DNA of 64,000 nucleotides from an uncultured Verrucomicrobiae bacterium. GTDB taxonomy: Bacteria; Verrucomicrobiota; Verrucomicrobiia; Chthoniobacterales; Terrimicrobiaceae. The stretch lies in the NCBI GenBank assembly GCA_963744345.1, contig CAVUTD010000013.1, positions 20,415-84,414 on the forward strand, in the 5' to 3' direction. The notes under the pieces are model-generated. The model was given only the letters and a program-made list of their open reading frames with translations, was not told the origin of the DNA and ran no database searches. The position numbers and the translations under genes are program-made. Below are positions 38,644-47,293 of this stretch, piece by piece (the first letter of the stretch is position 1; every line of letters begins with the position of its first letter).

Positions 38644-39672
38644 TCAGCCGTAGATGCTGGGCTTGCTCTTCAAAGCAACGGCCACCTTCTCACCACTCTT
38701 TTGCGCGGCCACGCCTGCCTCACAACAGGCCGCCGTGGCATAGCCATCCCAGGCGGTGGGACCGTCGACCTCGCCCCGTTTGGCTGCCGCGACCCAACGC
38801 TGTATCTCGGTGTCGTAGGCTTCTCTGAACCGGTCGACGAAACTCGGGGTAATCTCCCCTCCCCAGCGTCCTGCGCTGCGAATGTAAGGTCCGCCGTCCT
38901 CACCAATGTTGACGATACCTTTTTCGAACACAGCCTGAGTCGCCACTTGGTAGCCGAATTGGGCATTCACGAAGATTTCCACATCAGCCAGCACACCGTT
39001 GACGGTCTCGATGAGTACGTGCTGGGGATCGTGCTGGCCGGAAGGGGCATGGCTCGAGGCCCGGCCGAGCCTGACTTGAACGCTCTTGATTTCGTCACCG
39101 GTGAGATAGCGGATCACGTCGAACTCGTGCACCACTGAGTCATTGATGAGCATCTCATTGGTGAACCCCGGGGGTGTATCAGGATTTCTGTGCGCGCAGT
39201 GGAGCATCAATAGCTCCCCCAGTTCACCGGAAGCTATTATGCCTCGCAGACGCTGATACTCTGCATCAAAGCGGCGCATGAAGCCGACCTGGATACGTTT
39301 CTTTCCAAGTCGCTGCTCCGCCTCCAGGACTTCCCAAGAGGACGGCGCGTCCGGGGTTAGTGGTTTTTCACACAGAATCGGCATATCGTGCTTTAAAACC
39401 TGAAGCAACATGTCTCTGTGGAGAAAGCCAGGGGTGGCAATTAGGACTGAGTTGACATCCCCCTGGTCCAGAGCCTGTGCGATATCGGAAACCGCCGCGG
39501 CTGAGGGAATCCCTTCGACGGCCTTTTTTGCTCGCGAAACGTCCGCGTCGACCACTGCCGAAACCTCTGCCCCGACGATTCGGCGCGTGAGACGGTCGAT
39601 ATGATCCGCGCCCATTCTGCCCGCGCCGACCACACAGACCCTCAGTTTGCTTGAGTTAGATTCGGACTTCAT
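38644..39672 (-). CDS. Inositol dehydrogenase-like Gfo/Idh/MocA oxidoreductase
   Basis: 342-aa ORF containing VCVVGAGRMGADH, LCEKPL and GFMRRFD. Confidence 0.75.
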   Translation of the reverse strand: MKSESNSSKLRVCVVGAGRMGADHIDRLTRRIVGAEVSAVVDADVSRAKKAVEGIPSAAAVSDIAQALDQGDVNSVLIATPGFLHRDMLLQVLKHDMPILCEKPLTPDAPSSWEVLEAEQRLGKKRIQVGFMRRFDAEYQRLRGIIASGELGELLMLHCAHRNPDTPPGFTNEMLINDSVVHEFDVIRYLTGDEIKSVQVRLGRASSHAPSGQHDPQHVLIETVNGVLADVEIFVNAQFGYQVATQAVFEKGIVNIGEDGGPYIRSAGRWGGEITPSFVDRFREAYDTEIQRWVAAAKRGEVDGPTAWDGYATAACCEAGVAAQKSGEKVAVALKSKPSIYG

Positions 39673-39841
39673 TGTTGACTCCTTATTTTTTCCTCAGATC
39701 GAGTTGGCTGGCGAGAAACAGGCTGGTAGACTCCGCCGCGTGTCTTAGACGTCCAGCGCAAGCTTCCTGGCCATGAGAGCCGAGGCCTTGCGTTCCCGGG
39801 TGATTACCGCAATCCTCGATCGATTCCTCGAGCGGGATTCG

Positions 39842-40861
39842 TCACTCATTCCAGGTCACTTCGCAGTTATCTTTGAGTTCGACAGCCTGCCCGAGACGGA
39901 GCGACGCTCCCGCCGCCTCGGCCAGATAGACCGCGCGCAATCCGTCGATGGCATTTACGGGGAGCGGCGTGCCTGCGGACACACAGCCAAGAAAGGTTTC
40001 AATTTCTTTCCGGTAGCTTCCGCCATAACGGTCCATGTAGAAGGTAAAAATGCGATCCGGCGCTCCGAAGCTTGTGCCGGAATACCGCACGTTGCCAGTA
40101 GCTCTTGGGTTGTCGGAGATGACCATCCCCTCAGAGCCGAAAGCCTCGATACGTTGGTCATATCCATAAACAGCCCGCCGAGAATTCAAGATTACAGCCT
40201 GCTTGCCGCTCTGCGTAACCATCGTCACGCAGGCGGTGTCGATGTCGCCAAGCTTGCCGATCTCAGGATCAACGAGGCTGCTGCCGCTGCTATGGAGTCT
40301 GACCGGCTCCTCGCCGAGCATCCATCGGGCCATATCAAAGTCGTGAATCATCATATCTCGAAAGAGACCTCCTGACTTGGGGATGTAGTCGAGCGGCGGT
40401 GGCGCCGGATCGCGGCTGGTGATCGTGAGTTGCTCAAGCCTTCCAATTTCGCCTTCATCGATCGCCTTCTTGAGCCCAGCGTGCCCGGAATCAAAACGCC
40501 GATTGAATGCGAGCAAGACATTCTTGGTCTGAGCGCCCAGAACTTCGACACATCGCTGCGCGTCAGGCAGGTTCGGCGCGAGGGGCTTTTCACACATGAC
40601 GGCCTTTCCGGCCTTAATCGCCCGCAGCACGAGATCGACGTGTGTGTCCGATGAGGTCACCACCAGAACGGCATTGACATCAGGGTGCTGCAAGGCCTCA
40701 TCGACACTGCGCGCGACTGACGCTTTGCTATCCGCCGCGAGAGACTTGGCCGCCGACTCAACGACATCGTAAACAATTACGAGTCTTCCTCCCGCTTGAC
40801 CGATGGCTTTGGCATGCACCCGCGCCATTCGACCTGCGCCCATTAAAGCTATTCCAATCAT
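39842..40861 (-). CDS. iolG: Inositol 2-dehydrogenase-like Gfo/Idh/MocA oxidoreductase
   Basis: 339-aa ORF containing IALMGAGRMARVH, MCEKPL, AFNRRFD and SGGLFRDMMIHDFD. Confidence 0.75.
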   Translation of the reverse strand: MIGIALMGAGRMARVHAKAIGQAGGRLVIVYDVVESAAKSLAADSKASVARSVDEALQHPDVNAVLVVTSSDTHVDLVLRAIKAGKAVMCEKPLAPNLPDAQRCVEVLGAQTKNVLLAFNRRFDSGHAGLKKAIDEGEIGRLEQLTITSRDPAPPPLDYIPKSGGLFRDMMIHDFDMARWMLGEEPVRLHSSGSSLVDPEIGKLGDIDTACVTMVTQSGKQAVILNSRRAVYGYDQRIEAFGSEGMVISDNPRATGNVRYSGTSFGAPDRIFTFYMDRYGGSYRKEIETFLGCVSAGTPLPVNAIDGLRAVYLAEAAGASLRLGQAVELKDNCEVTWNE

Positions 40862-41039
40862 GATGCTCCTTTGTTCGAAATTTCCGAAGCTCCGTTATGT
40901 TCTAACTGCTGCCAGCACCCAATCCCTGGTGCTGTCACTTCCAAGGTCGTTCATCTGCGAGAATATCTCTATTCTGCGCATACGTGCGGGATTCTGCGGA
41001 CAACATTAAAGATCAATCCAAAATGCTACCGAGGATCAA

Positions 41040-41939
41040 TTAAAAACCCAGCTTGTGAACAAACTCGCGATTGCGCCTGGCTGATTCCTTTGGTGCGCCC
41101 ATGCCCGGGAGAACATCTTGTTCCACAACCCCCCAGCCGTCATAGCCTATGCGACTCAGTTCTTTCATCAGGGAAGGAAAATTTACATCTCCTTTGCCCA
41201 GTTCGCAGAAGACGCCGTTTTTCACTGCTTGAAAATAGTCCCAGCCTTCGGCGGCGGCTCTTTTGGCAACCTCCGGCTGATGGTCCTTGAAATGGAAGTG
41301 CCAAACGCGATCACCATATCTGCGCAAGCCCTCCTCCGGATCGCCACCGCCGAAGCGGTAGTGGCCGCAGTCGAAGACGAGGCCAAGTAAATGTGGCTCC
41401 GTCAAAGACATCAGTTTTTCGATCTCGGCTGGGGTTTCCACGTAGCCTGCGCAGTGATGGTGAAAAGCGGTGCGGAGGCCAGTTTCCCTCTTCACAGCCT
41501 GGGCTACCTCCATGGCGCTCTTTGCATAGATCTCCCACTCTGAATCGCTCAATCCCATCTCAGGTGTCACCCGGCCGGCGTTTTGCCTCCGCTCAGGATC
41601 TCTTGCGTTGTCATCCGAGAGAATCAATAAAGGGAGATTTCCCTCCACACCGGCAAGCAAACGAGCGGTCCGCACAGCGATTTCTACGCCCGCAGCGAGT
41701 ACGGAAGGATCTTTGAGAAACACAGGCACAAAGGCCCCAAGGAGCACAAGGTTGCGCCCGTGAATCTCCTCAGAGAGCTTTTTCGGGTCGGTAGGCATAA
41801 AGCCCCAGTCCCCCAACTCTGTGCCCGCATAGCCCGTCTCGACGATTTCGTCGAGTACCTGTATATAACCGGGCGCTTCGCCTTCGAGGTCGAATTCGAG
41901 TGCGCCCCAGGAGCAAGGAGCGTTTGCAATCTTGATCAT
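41040..41939 (-). CDS. Sugar phosphate isomerase/epimerase TIM-barrel protein (IolE/IolI-like)
   Basis: 299-aa ORF containing MIKIANAPCSWG..., FHHH, FDCGH, HFKD and VVEQD, the ligand pattern of the xylose-isomerase-like fold. Confidence 0.7.
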   Translation of the reverse strand: MIKIANAPCSWGALEFDLEGEAPGYIQVLDEIVETGYAGTELGDWGFMPTDPKKLSEEIHGRNLVLLGAFVPVFLKDPSVLAAGVEIAVRTARLLAGVEGNLPLLILSDDNARDPERRQNAGRVTPEMGLSDSEWEIYAKSAMEVAQAVKRETGLRTAFHHHCAGYVETPAEIEKLMSLTEPHLLGLVFDCGHYRFGGGDPEEGLRRYGDRVWHFHFKDHQPEVAKRAAAEGWDYFQAVKNGVFCELGKGDVNFPSLMKELSRIGYDGWGVVEQDVLPGMGAPKESARRNREFVHKLGF

Positions 41940-42338
41940 GATTCTTATCCCATTGTCACGTCACCTATGTACCGAAAAGCGAAATTGCATCCGCCTAGAA
42001 GCCTTGCCAGCCGCGGGGGAGGGTGCACAGCCTGATCTTCGATGAACAGCATGAGAAAGGTCAAGCCCCGCGCGAAGCGAGTTCCTCAATGTCTAAGTCT
42101 TCCACTTATTTAATGAGCCTTGAACGACGCCGTTGTGTCTCTGCTACTGACCGTCCGAGCCGGCATTCCTCTTCCCGCAACAATCTTTGCCAATCAAGGT
42201 TTTCGGCCGCTCGTTTTCGAGGCGTTTTCACAGACGTCACCCATGAGACTGCGCTAGCCGAGATCAGGACATCTTTTGCAAAGCAGGCTTTCCCGACCGA
42301 GAGAGAGCCGCCCCATGGTCTGCGCGCCATCGCGTAGT

Positions 42339-43283
42339 TTATCCTCGCCTTTCGGACGGGCAAAGCTCGGCCTCCCCCAGCCCGATCGCGAGCCAGCGGG
42401 CCTCAAATTGTTCCCAGCGTTTCTCCTCTGGCAGCGTCGTGTGGCTCACGGGGAATTCCATGATCTCGATCGGAGCACAGAAATGGTTCGCAATGGAGTA
42501 AACCGTTTCCGGCGGAACTACCGGATCATGAAGCCCAAGGCCGATCAGCGTGCGACAGGAAACCAACCCGGCAAAGTTCATCGCATCGAAATAGCGGAGC
42601 ACCAGCATCACATCTTCAGCATGCTCCGGGCGAGCTTCAAGATAACGCGCGATCTCCGCACCCGAGCCTGATTTCACGAGGAAATATCGCCCCTCCGCCC
42701 ATCCGAAGGTCGGCACGCCCAAGACGAGAAGATCCGATAATCCCCAGAGCGCCTCGGCCATCAACGCGATGCCGCCCGCGAAGCTGAGCCCGTGCGTCAG
42801 GTGGCGCGTTGTTCGCCCTTTGAAGAGATCGCGCGCTATCTGCATGGTGCGCAGGTAATCGCAGACGGCTCCGCGGAGGACGGAGCTTTCAGGTGACTCA
42901 ATGCCGGTGAGAACGTAGCCCCATCGCGAGCGGGCCGGCAACGCCGTCTCCGATCTGCCAAAACCGCGGATATCAATGCCAACCACGTTGTATCCTGCTT
43001 CCGCCCATTTCCTTTGAATGTCGCACTGTGCGCCGTAACCATGGCTATGCACGACAAGAGGCCGAGGTTCGTCGCTCCTGGATGCGATGCTGTAGCCGGT
43101 AACCTCGACACCGCCCAGTGAACGGAATGTCAGCCAGGAAAGTTCTCGCGTCCGGCAGTCCTCGCCAGCCATGGGTGTTAGGCGAACCTCCGATTTTACG
43201 CTGCTGAGTTCCTCGCGCGTTTTCGCCCAGAATCGGTCGAAGTCCGGCGGACGCGTCAGGATTGGACGAAGATCGCGTTCCAT
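42339..43283 (-). CDS. Acetyl xylan esterase / cephalosporin-C deacetylase-like alpha/beta hydrolase
   Basis: ORF open to 43454; the ATG at 43283 (MERDLRPILTRPPDFDRFWAKT) matches the family N-terminus. Contains the nucleophile elbow GLSFAGG. Confidence 0.65.
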   Translation of the reverse strand: MERDLRPILTRPPDFDRFWAKTREELSSVKSEVRLTPMAGEDCRTRELSWLTFRSLGGVEVTGYSIASRSDEPRPLVVHSHGYGAQCDIQRKWAEAGYNVVGIDIRGFGRSETALPARSRWGYVLTGIESPESSVLRGAVCDYLRTMQIARDLFKGRTTRHLTHGLSFAGGIALMAEALWGLSDLLVLGVPTFGWAEGRYFLVKSGSGAEIARYLEARPEHAEDVMLVLRYFDAMNFAGLVSCRTLIGLGLHDPVVPPETVYSIANHFCAPIEIMEFPVSHTTLPEEKRWEQFEARWLAIGLGEAELCPSERRG

Positions 43284-43342
43284 GAGACGGCTGCCGAAGA
43301 TCGCGGTTTGCCCGCACGAGGGCGGCAATATATTGTCGGACC

Positions 43343-43822
43343 ATGACGGCCGTTGAACAGGTAGTCGAAATTCCATTTTTTCAGAGCCTTCCCGCTGAGG
43401 CGTTGCGAGAGGTGGCGGCCAAATCGAGCGTGCTCGCGCTCGAACGCGGAGCAACTCTCATTTCGCAGAATGCTGCTGCCGAATATGTATTCTTCCTGAT
43501 CTCTGGCTCTGTGCAGATTTATATTCACTTTCACGGCGTGGACGATTTGTTGGTGGGCACAATGCGCGAAGCGGGAGTCCTACTCGGTTGGTCAGTTGTC
43601 CGCAAGCCTCATCGCTACACCGCGACGGTCCGATGCGAGGAGGAGTGCCGGGTGCTGCGGTTGCCACGGGAAGTCCTGACCCAGCTGATTGAGACACAGC
43701 CGCGCCTTGGTTATCTGCTTCTCAAGCGCATTGCAGCGACGCTCGCAAACAGACTGGAACAGACGCGCGACATTCTGGTCCCACCACAAGCATCGCGCGG
43801 GGAGCCAACACCAGACGCCTAA
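43343..43822 (+). CDS. Stand-alone cyclic-nucleotide-binding domain protein
   Basis: 159-aa ORF (FFQSLPAEALREVA...FFLISGSV...) consisting of a CAP-effector-type beta-barrel only. TAATG overlap with the next gene. Confidence 0.75.
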   Translation: MTAVEQVVEIPFFQSLPAEALREVAAKSSVLALERGATLISQNAAAEYVFFLISGSVQIYIHFHGVDDLLVGTMREAGVLLGWSVVRKPHRYTATVRCEEECRVLRLPREVLTQLIETQPRLGYLLLKRIAATLANRLEQTRDILVPPQASRGEPTPDA

Positions 43823-45321
43823 TGAAATCGATTGCGGACCTCCTTCGTGAATCACCGTTTTTTGAAGCCTTCTCGCCGGCGGACATCGATGCGCTCGCCG
43901 CGCATGCCGTGATGCACAGCGTCCCCGCAGGCGACGTGATCCTGCGCGAGAATGAGCCGGCTGAGGCTCTCTACATGATCGTGACTGGCAAGGTCTCTCT
44001 ATCATTCGAAACATTTGATGCTTCCGCTGCGAACGAAAGGGCTGGCGAGGCCCAGGTTCACCTCCGAACCCTGACGGAACCGGGAAGAGTCGTGGGGTGG
44101 TCGGCCCTCGTCGAGCCCTATCATTACCGGGATACTGCCACTGCGACGGATGATACCAATCTGCTCGTTTTTGAACGCCAGTGGCTCGAGTCCCGCGCGG
44201 AGGAGAATCCGAAATTCGGCGTCGAACTGATGACCCAAATCTTGTGGGTTCTTGGAAATCGGCTACGCGAAACGCGCATCCGGCTGGTGGCGAGCCGCTA
44301 TAAGGAGGAGGCGCTTGCGGTCCGGGCGCTTCTCGAACATAGCGCCTCGCAGCTCAGCGTCACATCGCCGCTGCACAAGCTTCCTATCTACCTGGAGAGT
44401 CGACTCACCCTTTCCGATGCGTTTCAGACGCTCGAGGTCCTGCGAAAACATGGGGATCCATTAGAAGCGAGCATCGCGCGAATGTGTCTCGAAATTCTGG
44501 AGAATGTTCGCAAGGAGCTGGAGGTTTATCGTCGACTCCAGGAAATCTACGAAACGGTGAGCGAGGCTCCGGCGGACGCAACACCGGAGCAAGTTCGCAG
44601 ACGGTGCTGCGTGGAATTCTGCAAGCTATTTCAGCGCGTCAATCACGTCATTCGAGGTGAGGAAAATCTGCCCGGCGAGTCCGGGCACATTTTCATCATG
44701 AACCACATTGTGAGTCACCCGGAGAACACCCTGCCCAACGATTTTCAGCTTACGCTCGACACTCACTTCGTCGCATGCATGTTGCTGGCGCGAAAGTACG
44801 GGGAACCGCCACTGCGGGTGGTGCGGAAATCGCATCCCCATGAGTATGGACACCAGAAATACTTTGACCGGCTTGGCTACATCTATGTTTACGCGAAGCA
44901 CATGGATGAAGACGAAGAGAACCCGAAGTTGCTCGCGGAACAGAGGCGATTGGCATTTCTCGACACGGCCGCGCGCTGTCTTGGCGAAGGCAAAAATCTT
45001 GTGATATGTCCCGAAGGCACATGCACCACAACCGAACGTTCTCCGCTTCCGCTTAAAGCGGGCGCCTTCCGCCTTGCCGCGTTCGTTGAACCGGAGCCCC
45101 TCATCGTTCCCATTGTCATCGCCAATTTCGATCGCAAAATCACCCGGACGACGCTCGTTGCGCACGTGCACACACCGTTTCGCTTGTCAGATCACGTCCC
45201 GAAGCCGATGCTAGATGAGGCGCTCTTCGCATTTATCGCGGATTTGGGAGAGCGGATGCGCTCCTGGGTGGGCGAGGCGTGCGAGCACGCCTCCCGGATG
45301 CCCGCACGTGCGCCTGCATAA
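43822..45321 (+). CDS. Cyclic-nucleotide-binding domain fused to a PlsC/LPLAT-like acyltransferase domain
   Basis: 499-aa ORF. The N-terminal cNMP domain has FFEAFSPADIDALA...MIVTGKV. The C-terminal part has acyltransferase blocks LVICPEGT and LIVPIVI. Block I reads NHIVSHPE, which is not the canonical NHxxxxD. Confidence 0.65.
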   Translation: MKSIADLLRESPFFEAFSPADIDALAAHAVMHSVPAGDVILRENEPAEALYMIVTGKVSLSFETFDASAANERAGEAQVHLRTLTEPGRVVGWSALVEPYHYRDTATATDDTNLLVFERQWLESRAEENPKFGVELMTQILWVLGNRLRETRIRLVASRYKEEALAVRALLEHSASQLSVTSPLHKLPIYLESRLTLSDAFQTLEVLRKHGDPLEASIARMCLEILENVRKELEVYRRLQEIYETVSEAPADATPEQVRRRCCVEFCKLFQRVNHVIRGEENLPGESGHIFIMNHIVSHPENTLPNDFQLTLDTHFVACMLLARKYGEPPLRVVRKSHPHEYGHQKYFDRLGYIYVYAKHMDEDEENPKLLAEQRRLAFLDTAARCLGEGKNLVICPEGTCTTTERSPLPLKAGAFRLAAFVEPEPLIVPIVIANFDRKITRTTLVAHVHTPFRLSDHVPKPMLDEALFAFIADLGERMRSWVGEACEHASRMPARAPA

Positions 45322-45607
45322 AACTCTGGAGACATCCGTGAAGGGATCACCGACATCGCTGATCTATGGCGGCCAAGTTCACATTCGCCCAAAGTTACAC
45401 GGACGTGCTCCTTTAGGCATTCCCTCTCTGCTCGCTGCTGTGATGTCTCGGGCGTAGCTTCGGGCGTGGCACATCAACAAGCAACATCAACGCGATTACA
45501 GCTGCGAGTCCCCGTGCACTCATGAACCAAGACACAGCGCTCGCCTTGCGGCGAAAAGCCAAAACACGCCAGCCGTAGCCTGATCCTGGGTAAATCCTTG
45601 CGCCAAT

Positions 45608-45793
45608 TCACCGACAAGCTGGCCCCGCGTTACCGATATAGCCAATGCGACCGGCCTCACGTGCCGCTTGCTGCTGACGTTCCAGTTGAGCAGTCCACAT
45701 GCGGTCCGCGCCCCTAGATACGGGTGGATTGCTGGCGCATCCGAGGAGCAGCAAAAAGACTACGGCTGCGAGGAAAGCAAGGCGAAAGCTCAC
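45608..45793 (-). CDS. Small putative lipoprotein
   Basis: 61-aa ORF with a GTG start and the lipobox LLLGC. There is no other support. Confidence 0.35.
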   Translation of the reverse strand: MSFRLAFLAAVVFLLLLGCASNPPVSRGADRMWTAQLERQQQAAREAGRIGYIGNAGPACR

Positions 45794-45953
45794 ATAATGC
45801 CCTACGACCCGCGCGATCGTTTGGGTATTTCCTTCCTTCCCTTGCCACTATGCTCGGCCCGCGTTCACAAAGATGGAACCAGGGCACCCATAAGGAAAAA
45901 GCCCGCGAGGACCCATCTCTGCCGAAAGGCGCGCCGGGCGTTTGAGCGTTAAC

Positions 45954-46109
45954 TTAGGCGATAGCTTTTTTGCGGCCCGCGGCAAGCGTCAAAAGTCCAA
46001 GTTCCAAGAGGATGGCAGTGCTTCCGTTATCAGGAACTTTAGGCCGCGCCGCATCGTGGCTGTTCAGAAGAGCGAACGGCGGAGAATCGAAGCCAACACC
46101 GTCGATCAA
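45954..46109 (-). other. VPDSG/PEP-CTERM-type C-terminal sorting signal, out of frame with the upstream secreted protein
   Basis: Translation gives ...FDSPPFALLNSHDAARPKVPDNGSTAILLELGLLTLAAGRKKAIA-stop, that is a VPDxG motif, a hydrophobic helix and a basic tail. There is no ATG or GTG start; only TTG or CTG codons are available. The frame opens at 46145, inside the 3' end of the upstream gene. Confidence 0.6.
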
Positions 46110-46570
46110 TTGGCGTAAGCCAGGCGAATCTTCCAGTGCCGGGCATCACGAACATAGATCGCTACATAGCAGCCCTGTTGAGTGATATAATGATGACTTA
46201 AATCCGACATGGCGCATATATCGTTGCCGATCATATACACCTGAACAACGGTATGTGACAGCTTTCTGGGATTCGATACAAACAGGCTTGCATACCTTTT
46301 CTCGATGGCTTGCTGACCGACTGCCACGTCAGCCGCAGGCTCCCACGCCACTACTTCAATTGCGTTCTGTGTGTAAAGGGCTGCGAGTGCGGCCGCGTCG
46401 TGTTTATTATACGCCTCCTCATACTTCCTTATTGCCGCTTCAATCTGCTGACGCAACTCTGGATTGGCCGAACGCACTTCTGGATCGGCCGAATCTTGCT
46501 CTGGGGCGAGGGCTGGCGCGGCAATGCCGATTGCCAACGCTGCGAAGGTAGATAGCAGGCGCATTTTCAT
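46106..46570 (-). CDS. Secreted DUF4440/SnoaL-like (NTF2-fold) protein
   Basis: ORF open to 46804; the ATG at 46570 gives a signal peptide (MKMRLLSTFAALAIGIAAPALA). The NTF2-like pattern is IRKYEEAYNKHDAAALAALYTQNA... Confidence 0.6.
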   Translation of the reverse strand: MKMRLLSTFAALAIGIAAPALAPEQDSADPEVRSANPELRQQIEAAIRKYEEAYNKHDAAALAALYTQNAIEVVAWEPAADVAVGQQAIEKRYASLFVSNPRKLSHTVVQVYMIGNDICAMSDLSHHYITQQGCYVAIYVRDARHWKIRLAYAN

Positions 46571-46902
46571 TGTCTCTAAACAACCGCGCGCAGGCAGCGA
46601 ACGCGACGAGAGCAGAAAGCGTGAGGAGAGTTGAAACACCCGTGTGGCCGGAAGAATCTGGTAGCGGTAGACTTGGTAGATTTCGGTTGATGGCGAACCA
46701 TAGAATCGGACGAATCGGCTACTCAAAGACATCGCTTTACGAGACCAACCAGCGCTAAGGCCTCGTCCCATGCGCGGCGATAACCTTTGACAAACCGTCT
46801 GCAATTTTTACAGAAATTGCAATTTGGTGTTTCCCTAGTAATCACCAGCAGATCCTTTATTCATGTGGATTAGAGAGTGATTTGACCGTGTTGAGACACT
46901 CG

Positions 46903-46975
46903 CAGCGCATACGGGATTCGAACCCGTGTACCGGCCTTGAGAGGGCCGTGTCCTAGGCCTCTAGACGAATGCGCC
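46903..46975 (-). tRNA. tRNA-Glu (anticodon CUC)
   Basis: Folded by hand. Sequence is GGCGCAT-TC-GTCT-AGAGGCCTAGGAC-A-CGGCC-CTCTCAA-GGCCG-GTAC-ACGGG-TTCGAAT-CCCGT-ATGCGCT-G. The cloverleaf has a TTCGAAT T-loop. CCA is not encoded. The ends are good to about 2 nt. Confidence 0.85.
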
Positions 46976-47044
46976 TTGAAGAATCCGTAATCTAGAGCAC
47001 TACTTGAAGCTGACAAGCGACAACTCGGGAACGCAGCGAAGAAC

Positions 47045-47293
47045 ATGGAATTAAACCTATACATCAAGCCATGGTGCCCCTGGTGCATTGAGGCCATCGC
47101 ATGGCTTGAAGAGAATGGATATAAGTTTAACAAGATCGATGTGCTCGCTGATCCCGTGGCGTACGAGCGGATGCGTCGCATCTCAAGGCAATCGCTCACT
47201 CCAACCTTAGAAATTTCGGCGGGTTTGGTGCTGCCTGATTTTGATGTCGCCGACCTCGAGAAGTTCGTGCTAGAAAACGCACCACTGCCTTGA
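47045..47293 (+). CDS. Glutaredoxin-like protein (CPWC active site)
   Basis: 82-aa ORF containing LYIKPWCPWCIEAIAWLEENGY and ...TPTLEI, a thioredoxin-fold pattern. Confidence 0.7.
   Translation: MELNLYIKPWCPWCIEAIAWLEENGYKFNKIDVLADPVAYERMRRISRQSLTPTLEISAGLVLPDFDVADLEKFVLENAPLP

Noticed and set aside
41940-42338. ORFs 42023..42337 (+) and 42106..42363 (-) in the spacer between the TIM-barrel gene and the esterase gene.
   Set aside because: They are mutually overlapping, low-complexity and Ser/Arg-rich, with no motifs. They are probably non-coding.
45322-45607. Two mini-ORFs on the minus strand downstream of the small lipoprotein gene (28 aa and 39 aa, the latter with one hydrophobic helix, overlapping as TCATGA).
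   Set aside because: They are too short, have no RBS or conservation evidence, and cannot be distinguished from chance.
46805-47044. The tRNA-Glu as a possible genomic-island integration site, marking the boundary between the accessory and housekeeping parts.
   Set aside because: There is no integrase, recombinase, direct repeat of the tRNA 3' end, or mobile-element gene on either side within the window.
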